Shown piece by piece: positions 56,877-64,000 of a DNA stretch of 64,000 nucleotides (its first letter is position 1; every line of letters starts with the position of its first letter). The notes below the pieces were generated by a model. That model made no database searches and was not told the origin of the DNA. It was given only the letters and a program-made list of their open reading frames with translations. Source of the DNA: Candidatus Latescibacterota bacterium (GTDB taxonomy: Bacteria > Latescibacterota > CBDCVA01). A program made the position numbers and the translations under genes. The stretch is from the NCBI GenBank assembly GCA_965222935.1, contig CBDCVA010000001.1:132093-196092 (forward strand), written 5' to 3'.

Positions 56877-59477
56877 TTGACAGCCGTGCTGACAACCCCT
56901 AGTCTCGCTCGAGCAGATCAGCCTTTGATGGCTCCTCAGCGGCAACCGATGCGCCCTATCCTCATCGCCTGTTTCGTGGCCTCCGGCGCGAGCGGCCTCA
57001 TCTACGAGGTGGTCTGGACCCGCCAGCTAGGCCACGTCTTCGGCAGCGACGTCGTCGCCGCCGCGACCGTCCTAGCCGTCTTCATGGCCGGCTTGGCCCT
57101 TGGAAGCAGACTGGCCGGCTCCGCAGCGAGGCGCGCGGCTCGTCCCCTGGCATGGTACGGGTGGATTGAGCTTGGAATCGGCTGCTGGGGGGCTGCGATG
57201 CCGCTCTTGCTGGCGGCCGCCGAGCACGGCTACTTCGCATTTTCCGTGGACCTGGGCGCCGCAGGCGTGGGACGGGGGGCGTTGCGCGTGGGGCTCTCGG
57301 CGTGCCTGTTCCTCGTGCCGACGGCTCTCATGGGAGCGACCTTTCCCTTGATGGTCGTGGGCCTCGCACGACAAGGGCCCACCTTTGGCCGCTGGCTTGG
57401 AGACATCTACGCGTTCAACACCCTGGGTGGGGTCATGGGGGCTGTCGGGGCCGGGTTCGCGCTCATCCCTGCGCTCGGTCTCATGCGGACGGGCTGGGTT
57501 GCCGCCGGGCTGAACGTCGCCGTTGGCCTTGTCGCGCTCGTTGTGGCACGACGCCTCCCTCTCCAGGGGGACTTTGTTGCCCCCACTCCGGCGCGCCCCA
57601 GCGATGTCCCATCAGCCGCTTTGCGCCGCGCGGCGCTAACGTGTGCTACGCTGAGCGGCTTGGCCGCTCTGGGTTACGAGGTGGTCTGGGCCAGGGCTCT
57701 CGTCTTCATCGTCGGCAATTCCACCTTCGCGTTCACCACGATGCTCGCGGCCTTTCTGGTGGGCATCGGTCTGGGGGGCGCCGTTGGGGGGCGCCTCGCC
57801 GACGCGGTGCGCCGACCCGAACTGCCTCTGGCTCTGGTGGAGACGACCGCGGGCATCCTGGCGTTGGCGACGCTACCGCTCATCTGGCACTTCGACGCTG
57901 GGGATCAACCCTGGACACGGCCGGAGGTCGGTTGGGCCAGTGGCCTCGTCGCCCTGGTGCTGCGGAGTGCTGCAGTGATGCTCGCGCCGTCCCTACTCCT
58001 GGGCGTGGCGTTTCCACTCACCGCGGCGCTTGTCGCGCGGACTGAGCGGGACGTGGGGCCGGGCGTCGGCACCGCCTACGCGGCGAACACCGTCGGCGCG
58101 ATCCTCGGCGCCCTGCTCGCCGGCTTCGCGCTCATACCGGCCTTGGGGCTGGGGCGCAGCGTCATGGCCCTAGCGGCGGTCAACATCATCGCGGCCATCG
58201 TGGTCCTGGGCGTCTCCGATCGCCTAGCCGCCGGCTGGCGCGCCGGAGGGGCGGTGGCGTGCTGCGCTATCGCCCTGGCGGTGGGATTGCTCTTGCCCCC
58301 CGTGAGGCCCTTCCCCGTCGACCTGGCCCCGCCCGGTTCTCGCACGCTCTTCTACCGCGAGGGCGTTGGGGCCACGGTGCACGTTGTCGCGGGGGGCCAA
58401 GGCGTCAGGATGATGGCCGTGGACGGCCACGCCATCGGCGGGGTCCGGTTCGGCGTGGACGAGAAGGAGCGCCTTCTGGCTCATCTGCCCTACCTCATCG
58501 GCGGGCCTCACCCGAGAGCCCTGACGATCGGCCTGGGCTCGGGGATCACCGCAGGGGCGATGGCCTTCCACCCCGGCACGGAAGTCCTCGACGTGGTCGA
58601 GATCGTGCCCGGCGTTGTTGAAGGCGCACGCTTTTTCGGCCGCGCGAATCGTGGCATCCTGGACGACCCCAGGGCGCGCGTCTTCATCACTGACGGCGTG
58701 GCCTGGCTGCGCTCCCAGCGCGAGGCTTACGACCTCATCGTCTCCGACGCGAAGCTCAATCCGCGCTACTTCGGCAACACGACCTTCTTCGGCCGAGAGT
58801 ACTACGAGCTGTGTCGCGACCACCTAGCTCCGGAGGGTCTCTTCATCCAGTGGGTGCCCAACTACGTGCCCGAGGCGGAGTTCCGGATGATCCTGCGCAC
58901 TTTCGCCACCGCCTTCGACGAGGTAAGCGCCTGGAACTCCGGGCTTGGCACTTGCCTGCTCGTCGGGAGCGTCTCTCCCCAGACCATCGACTACGCCGGC
59001 CTCGTACGCCGCGGAACTGAACCCGACTTTCTGCCCGTTCTGTGGGATCTTCTCGCCGAGGATCCCGCCACGCTTCTGGGCAGCTACTGCGGCGACCGGG
59101 ACGCCATCGTGCAGGCTGTGGGACCCGGTCTTCTGAACACCTGGGACCATCCGATCATCGAATTCGATGCGCTGCGCCATGCGCTGGAGATGCCTCGAAA
59201 CCTTCGGCAGGCGCGCAATCTGGCCCTCATGGTGAGCCTGGGGGGTGACGTGCTCTCCAGCGTGCGCTTCGATAGCTGGCCCGATTCGACGGCCGCTCGC
59301 GACGCCATCGGGGCTGCGATGGCGGCCCACCGGGTGTTCCTCGCCGGCATGGTCAAAGCGCTGGAGGCGGGGACCATGCGGGCGGGGATCGATGAGTTCA
59401 CCCGCGCGGTTGCCCTGAACCCGAGATACCGGCGGGCGCAGTTCACACTCCAGAATGCCGTCAAGGGAGCGCCTTGA
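56877..59477 (+). CDS. fused polytopic membrane (MFS-like) / spermidine-synthase-like protein with C-terminal TPR
   Basis: About 12 TM helices, then an aminopropyltransferase-like Rossmann domain (…DVVEIVPGVVE…, …DLIVSDA…), then TPR-like helices. Confidence 0.6.
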   Translation: MTAVLTTPSLARADQPLMAPQRQPMRPILIACFVASGASGLIYEVVWTRQLGHVFGSDVVAAATVLAVFMAGLALGSRLAGSAARRAARPLAWYGWIELGIGCWGAAMPLLLAAAEHGYFAFSVDLGAAGVGRGALRVGLSACLFLVPTALMGATFPLMVVGLARQGPTFGRWLGDIYAFNTLGGVMGAVGAGFALIPALGLMRTGWVAAGLNVAVGLVALVVARRLPLQGDFVAPTPARPSDVPSAALRRAALTCATLSGLAALGYEVVWARALVFIVGNSTFAFTTMLAAFLVGIGLGGAVGGRLADAVRRPELPLALVETTAGILALATLPLIWHFDAGDQPWTRPEVGWASGLVALVLRSAAVMLAPSLLLGVAFPLTAALVARTERDVGPGVGTAYAANTVGAILGALLAGFALIPALGLGRSVMALAAVNIIAAIVVLGVSDRLAAGWRAGGAVACCAIALAVGLLLPPVRPFPVDLAPPGSRTLFYREGVGATVHVVAGGQGVRMMAVDGHAIGGVRFGVDEKERLLAHLPYLIGGPHPRALTIGLGSGITAGAMAFHPGTEVLDVVEIVPGVVEGARFFGRANRGILDDPRARVFITDGVAWLRSQREAYDLIVSDAKLNPRYFGNTTFFGREYYELCRDHLAPEGLFIQWVPNYVPEAEFRMILRTFATAFDEVSAWNSGLGTCLLVGSVSPQTIDYAGLVRRGTEPDFLPVLWDLLAEDPATLLGSYCGDRDAIVQAVGPGLLNTWDHPIIEFDALRHALEMPRNLRQARNLALMVSLGGDVLSSVRFDSWPDSTAARDAIGAAMAAHRVFLAGMVKALEAGTMRAGIDEFTRAVALNPRYRRAQFTLQNAVKGAP

Positions 59478-59486
59478 CCCTCGGGG

Positions 59487-60398
59487 TTACGTGATGGGGC
59501 CGCGTGGGTCGAGCGCGTCTCGCAGGCCGTCGCCCAGGAGGTTGAAGCCGAGCGTCGTGGCGAAGATCGCCATGCCGGGGAAGATGACGATCCAGGGCTG
59601 GGTGGTGAGATAAGACTGCCCTCCGGTGATCATCAAGCCCCAGCTTGGCTCGGACGGTTCGAGGCCAAGGCCCAGGAACGAGAGCCAGGCCTCCGTCAGG
59701 ATGTTGTCGGCAATGCGGATCGTCCCTATGACGATGATCGGCGCCAGCGCGCCCGGCAGGACGTGCCGCCAGAGTGTGCGCACCGACCTTAACCCGAGGG
59801 CTCGCGCGGCCTGGACATAGTCCTCCTCGCGCACCGTCAGGATCTTACCTCGCACCAGGCGCGCGATGCCGGGCCAGCCCAGCAGGCCGAGGACGGTGTA
59901 GATGATCGTGACCGAGGGATGCTCGAAGATGGCCAGGACCGCGATGACCAGAAGCGTAGCGGGCATGGCCAGGAACGTATCGGTCAGCCGCATCAGCACC
60001 GCATCCATCCAACCGCCGGCGTAGCCTGCGATTGCGCCCAGGGCCACGCCCAACGCGAGGGAGATCGCCGCGGCCAGAAGGCCCACCTGTAGCGACAGCC
60101 GTGCGCCGTAGACGACGCGGCTAAACAAGTCGCGCCCCAGGTCGTCGGTGCCGAAGAGGTGTACGTTGCCGGGTGCCTGGACGATCCGCTCGAGGTCGAT
60201 GGCGCGCGGGTCGAAGGTGGCGATCCAGGGGGCGAAGAGCGCACAGAAGGCTACCGTTGCCGTGAAGCTCAGCCCCACCAATGCGGTCGCGTTGCCGGTG
60301 AACCGTCGGGTCACGAGACGCCAGGGGGACGCCAGCGGTGGGTTGACCGGAGCGCTAGCTAGCTTCGTCGTAGGAGATCCGGGGATCGAGGATGGCAT
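59487..60398 (-). CDS. peptide ABC transporter permease (OppC/DppC-type)
   Basis: BPD_transp_1 fold with the EAA-like loop. Confidence 0.8.
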   Translation of the reverse strand: MPSSIPGSPTTKLASAPVNPPLASPWRLVTRRFTGNATALVGLSFTATVAFCALFAPWIATFDPRAIDLERIVQAPGNVHLFGTDDLGRDLFSRVVYGARLSLQVGLLAAAISLALGVALGAIAGYAGGWMDAVLMRLTDTFLAMPATLLVIAVLAIFEHPSVTIIYTVLGLLGWPGIARLVRGKILTVREEDYVQAARALGLRSVRTLWRHVLPGALAPIIVIGTIRIADNILTEAWLSFLGLGLEPSEPSWGLMITGGQSYLTTQPWIVIFPGMAIFATTLGFNLLGDGLRDALDPRGPIT

Positions 60399-61290
60399 AG
60401 AGACAGTCCACGGCGAGATTGACGGTCACAAAGACGCAGGCCAGGACAATGACGCAGCCCTCGACTACGGGTAGATCACGGCTAAAGATCGCGTCCACCA
60501 GCGCACGGCCCAGTCCAGGCCACGCGAACACAGTCTCCGTGGCCACAGCACCCCCCAAAAGCCCGGCCAGATTCAGCCCGATGATGGTCACGATCGGGTT
60601 GGCGGCGTTACGCAGGGCATGGACGAAATGAATGCGCGCGGGCGAGGCGCCCTTGGCGGCGGCAGTGCGAATGTAGTCGCCGCTAGCCACCTCCAGCATG
60701 CTCGAGCGCGTCATCCGTGCGATGTAGCCCATCAGGACAAACGACAGGGCCGTCGCGGGCAGGATCAAGTGCCGCAGGCCGCCTTCCCCGAAGCCCGCGA
60801 CCGGCAGCCACCCAAGCTTAGCGGCGAAGAGCAGGATCAAGAGCAGTCCCACCCAGAAGACCGGCATCGAGATTCCGAAAAGCGCGATGGTGGTGACGAC
60901 GTTGTCAATCCACGTATGCGACCTGAAGGCGGCCAAGAGACCGGCGGCCATGCCAAAGGCCGTCGCGAGGATCACCGCTGCTGACGCCAGCTTCAGCGTG
61001 GCGGGGAAACGCTCGGCGATGATCTCCGTCACGGGGCGTCGCTGGCGGTAGGAACGGCCCAGGTCTCCCTGGACCAACCGTTCGAGGAAGCGCCCGTATT
61101 GTACGTGCACCGGCCGGTCAAGGCCCAACTCACGGCGAAGCGCCTTGAGCGTCGCCTCGTCGCCGTGCTGACCCATCAGCAGGCGCGCCGGGTCTCCGGG
61201 CACCAGGAACATCAGAGCGAAGATGAGTGTCGCGATGCCCCATAGGACCGGGATCAGGGCAAACAGGCGCCGCAGGATGAAAATGGCCAT
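60355..61290 (-). CDS. peptide ABC transporter permease (OppB/DppB-type)
   Basis: N-terminal MAIFILRRL…, six TM helices, EAA motif region. Confidence 0.85.
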   Translation of the reverse strand: MAIFILRRLFALIPVLWGIATLIFALMFLVPGDPARLLMGQHGDEATLKALRRELGLDRPVHVQYGRFLERLVQGDLGRSYRQRRPVTEIIAERFPATLKLASAAVILATAFGMAAGLLAAFRSHTWIDNVVTTIALFGISMPVFWVGLLLILLFAAKLGWLPVAGFGEGGLRHLILPATALSFVLMGYIARMTRSSMLEVASGDYIRTAAAKGASPARIHFVHALRNAANPIVTIIGLNLAGLLGGAVATETVFAWPGLGRALVDAIFSRDLPVVEGCVIVLACVFVTVNLAVDCLYAILDPRISYDEAS

Positions 61291-61363
61291 CGGCTCTCAG
61301 GGTACGTCCGAGTCGTTGCCGGGGCCATCCTTCGAAGCGCTCAGGGTAGCCATAGCATGACCC

Positions 61364-62950
61364 TCAGTTCGCAGACCCCGCGCGTCGCAGCCTGCCCAGC
61401 GGTATCGCGAACGTGCCTTGGGCGGGGAGGACCGCGCCCTCCCAGAGGGGCCGGATGAGCATCTCGGCGGAATCGTAGAAGATCGTTGCCCAGGCCGCCT
61501 CCGCCGTTGCCAGGCTGTCCGCGCGCATGTAGAGCGTCCGCCGATGCGCGGGATCGGTGGCGCGACGGGCCTCGTCCAGCAATTGATCCAGGACGGGGTG
61601 GCTGAAGCGCGAGAAGTTCCCCGGGGCGCCCGCTTGAGACGCGTGCAGGAGCGTGTAGAGGAAATTGTCGGCATCGGGATAGTCGGCGACCCAGCCCATG
61701 CGGAAGAGCAGCGGCTCGCCGCGCTCGCAGGCCTCCAGGTAGCTGCCCCAGTCCATGTGGCGCAGCCGCGTCCTGACGCCGATATCCGACAGCATGGACT
61801 GGACCACCTGCGCGATGCGCTCGTGCCGCTCGTTCGTATTGTACCACAGGTCAATGACCGGCAGACCCTGCCCCTCCGGGTAACCGGACTCGGCCAGGAG
61901 CTCCCGCGCCCGGTCGGGATCGAAAGCGTAGCCCTCAATTCCCGCGTTGTGCCCGGCGATGCCCGGGGGGAGGATACCACGTGCAGGCATCGCCTTCCCC
62001 TCGCGCAGGACGCGGGCGATGCGCTCGCGATCAATGGCATGATTGACCGCCTGGCGAAGCTCAAGGTTGTTGGCGAAGGGGGGCCTTTCGTGGTTGAACC
62101 CATAGTAGTAAACCGTGAGCGTGGGCCAGACCTTCACCTCGTCCGGACGGCGCGAGCGCAGATCTTCCAATCGGCCTTCGGGAAGCTGGTCTAGGAGGTC
62201 CAGCTCGCCGGCCTCGTACTTCTGGAGCGCCACGTTCACGTCGGGGATGATCTCGAACCGCACGGTCCCGAGCTCAGGTACGCCGTCGTAGTAGCCGCCA
62301 AAAGCTTCGATCGTCACGCTCACGTCGTGTTGCCATCGGTTGAAGCGGAACGGGCCCGACCCCACGGGCTGCGATGAGAAATCCGGTCCCAGTCGTTCGG
62401 CGATTTCTGTCGGCACGGCGCTGGCAGCCTCCATGCAGAGCTGCGCCAGGAAGGGTGCAAACGGCCTTTCGATGCGGATCTGGAGCGTATGGGGGTCCAG
62501 TGCATGCAATCCCGCGATGGAATCGGCTAGGCCCTCCGCGAAGTCGCGCGTCCCCTCGATGGGCTCCAGCACCCATCGGCGCGGCGAGCGGGTCCTGGGG
62601 TCCAGCACGCGCTCAAAGGACCGGATGAAATCCAGGGATGTGATGGGGCGCCCATGATGAAAGCGCGCGTCGGGTCGGAGGTGAAACGTATAGGTCAGTC
62701 CGTCGTCCGCCACCTTCCAGCCCGATGCGATGGCGGGCTCGACTTCCAAGGTCTCGGGGTCGAGCCGCACCAAGCCGTCGAAGAGGTTGAGGACAACGAC
62801 GCCGCTGGTCGTGTCGGTCGAGAGCGCGGGGTCGAGTGTGGGCGGGTCGGCCGCCAGGCGGTAGCGGAAGACCTCGCCGCCCGTCGGTGGGTGCTCTGAT
62901 CCGCCGCAGGCGAACGCAACGAGCGCACATAGGAACGGCTGTAATTTCAC
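61364..62950 (-). CDS. ABC transporter substrate-binding lipoprotein, family 5 (Opp/Dpp-like)
   Basis: Lipobox ALVAFACGG, SBP_bac_5 fold. Paralog of 30647-32287. Confidence 0.85.
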   Translation of the reverse strand: MKLQPFLCALVAFACGGSEHPPTGGEVFRYRLAADPPTLDPALSTDTTSGVVVLNLFDGLVRLDPETLEVEPAIASGWKVADDGLTYTFHLRPDARFHHGRPITSLDFIRSFERVLDPRTRSPRRWVLEPIEGTRDFAEGLADSIAGLHALDPHTLQIRIERPFAPFLAQLCMEAASAVPTEIAERLGPDFSSQPVGSGPFRFNRWQHDVSVTIEAFGGYYDGVPELGTVRFEIIPDVNVALQKYEAGELDLLDQLPEGRLEDLRSRRPDEVKVWPTLTVYYYGFNHERPPFANNLELRQAVNHAIDRERIARVLREGKAMPARGILPPGIAGHNAGIEGYAFDPDRARELLAESGYPEGQGLPVIDLWYNTNERHERIAQVVQSMLSDIGVRTRLRHMDWGSYLEACERGEPLLFRMGWVADYPDADNFLYTLLHASQAGAPGNFSRFSHPVLDQLLDEARRATDPAHRRTLYMRADSLATAEAAWATIFYDSAEMLIRPLWEGAVLPAQGTFAIPLGRLRRAGSAN

Positions 62951-62999
62951 GCTCGATGCCGCTGGGGAGGGTCTTGTGCGGAGGGAGCGCAGCGCGGGA

Positions 63000-63398
63000 T
63001 CACAAGGACGGGGCGTACAGTTCGATCTCGTGGCCGTCGGGATCGGTGAAGTAGGCCGAACGGCTGCCGCTCGTGTGGATCACGGGGCCACGGACGGCGA
63101 TCCTGCAAGCGGCCAGGTGTTTCACTGCGCGGTCCAGGTCGCGAGCGTCCAAGTTGAACGCCACGTGCGCCGGGCGGGAACCGTCGTCTGTAGCCTCCGT
63201 TGCTTCTACGACGAGCACGACGACGGCTTCGCCGACAAGGAGGCTGACGCTCCGGCCGCTGGGCGCCCGCGCGACGACGGGCAGACCGAGCACGTCGCGG
63301 TAAAAGCTCTCCGCGATGGTGAGGTCACCGACTGTCAGAGCGACCTCCGCGATACCCCGAATGCGCAGCGGGCCCGGAGCCGTGCGACGTCTGCCCAT
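63000..63398 (-). CDS. VOC-family (glyoxalase/bleomycin-resistance fold) protein
   Basis: Paired beta-alpha-beta-beta-beta modules with …HVAF…/…DPDGHEIEL… metal-ligand pattern. Confidence 0.7.
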   Translation of the reverse strand: MGRRRTAPGPLRIRGIAEVALTVGDLTIAESFYRDVLGLPVVARAPSGRSVSLLVGEAVVVLVVEATEATDDGSRPAHVAFNLDARDLDRAVKHLAACRIAVRGPVIHTSGSRSAYFTDPDGHEIELYAPSL

Positions 63399-63415
63399 AC
63401 CGTCTCAGCGGCCAG

Positions 63416-64000
63416 CTACGCCGATGGCCGTGCCCTTGGGGCCTCGGGCCGTGCCTGGAGGGGCCTCGCATCCGGTACCGCTTCGCCTAGCTCCCCGACG
63501 ATCTCTTCTAGGACGTCCTCGAGCGTGACCAGCCCCTCCACGGCGCCGTACTCATTGATGACCATCGCCAACTCGAAGCTTTCCCGCTGCATCCGCTGAA
63601 GCAGTCGACGAGCGCTGATCATCTCGGGGACGAAGTGAACCGAACGCACGAGCCGCCGCAGGTCCAGCACCTTGTCGTCCATGTGGCGCAGCAAGTCGCG
63701 CGCGTGCAGGATGCCGACCATGTGGTCCAGATCGCCCTCGTAGACGGGGATACGGGTGTGCTGCGAAGCCTTGACGGTGCGCAGTATTTCATCCCGGGAG
63801 GCGTCCACGGCAAGGCGCGCCATCCGCACACGGGGGACCATGATCTCCTGTACTTTGCGGGCGCCGAGATCGACAACGCCCCTGACCATCCGGCTTTGAT
63901 GGGCATCGAGCGCGCCGTGCTCGCGCGCAATCTCCGCGAGGGCCGCGAGGTCGGCGGTGAGGACATCGGGCTGCGTGCTGGGCGCGGGCCGGTCGCCGGT
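63416..64000 (-). CDS. CorC/HlyC-family (CNNM) protein, CBS-pair region; 5' part lies beyond the window and the C-terminal CorC_HlyC domain is absent
   Basis: Frame is open upstream to the window edge (…GALDAHQSRMVRGVVDLGARKVQEIMVPR…). Two CBS domains, then the ORF stops shortly after …LEEIVGEL…. Confidence 0.6.
   Translation of the reverse strand, partial: TGDRPAPSTQPDVLTADLAALAEIAREHGALDAHQSRMVRGVVDLGARKVQEIMVPRVRMARLAVDASRDEILRTVKASQHTRIPVYEGDLDHMVGILHARDLLRHMDDKVLDLRRLVRSVHFVPEMISARRLLQRMQRESFELAMVINEYGAVEGLVTLEDVLEEIVGELGEAVPDARPLQARPEAPRARPSA

Noticed and set aside
1-64000. CRISPR arrays, integrases, transposases, phage genes
   Set aside because: No direct-repeat/spacer periodicity and no recombinase-like ORFs were seen anywhere in the window. 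The HicAB and RM insertion has no flanking mobility gene.

Overview
This 64-kb window is high-GC (about 68-70%) DNA from a Gram-negative-type bacterium, judged from its TonB-dependent receptor, two SurA paralogs, outer-membrane beta-barrel proteins and an FtsEX/EnvC cluster. Most of it is syntenic housekeeping. It contains an ArgR-controlled arginine operon (argR-argC-argB-HAD-argD-argG-argH-short argA) with a clear sigma70 promoter and ARG box. It also contains ftsY, an orphan radical SAM/SPASM gene, tgt-yajC-def-fmt, sugar kinases, an RqcH/NFACT homolog divergent from mfd, tandem SurA chaperones, a thrC-metB pair, hemL, tRNA-Ser(UGA) and a peptide ABC transporter. Three things stand out from this core. 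First, a lower-GC HicB-HicA toxin-antitoxin pair sits beside a roughly 1,105-codon MmeI-like single-chain (type IIL/IIG) restriction-modification gene that is interrupted by one in-frame TAG. Both are inserted into a carbohydrate/cyclitol-type cluster (IolE-like TIM-barrel isomerases, lactonase, AKR, YdjC deacetylase, class III aminotransferase, Gfo/Idh/MocA oxidoreductase, TonB-dependent receptor). Second, a roughly 700-bp patch of about 57% GC encodes only small hydrophobic proteins with good ribosome-binding sites, which makes it a candidate small membrane-toxin or novel membrane-protein islet. Third, the FtsE-like ATPase of the FtsEX/EnvC cluster appears catalytically dead. Two further genes, the EnvC-like M23 protein and the class III aminotransferase, carry single-base frameshifts in G/C homopolymer runs. 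Together with the amber codon in the restriction-modification gene, that makes three ORF-disrupting lesions that need resequencing before they are read as biology. The 1,941-aa and 1,073-aa ORFs in the six-frame track are artefacts: the first is antisense to mfd, the second a read-through fusion.
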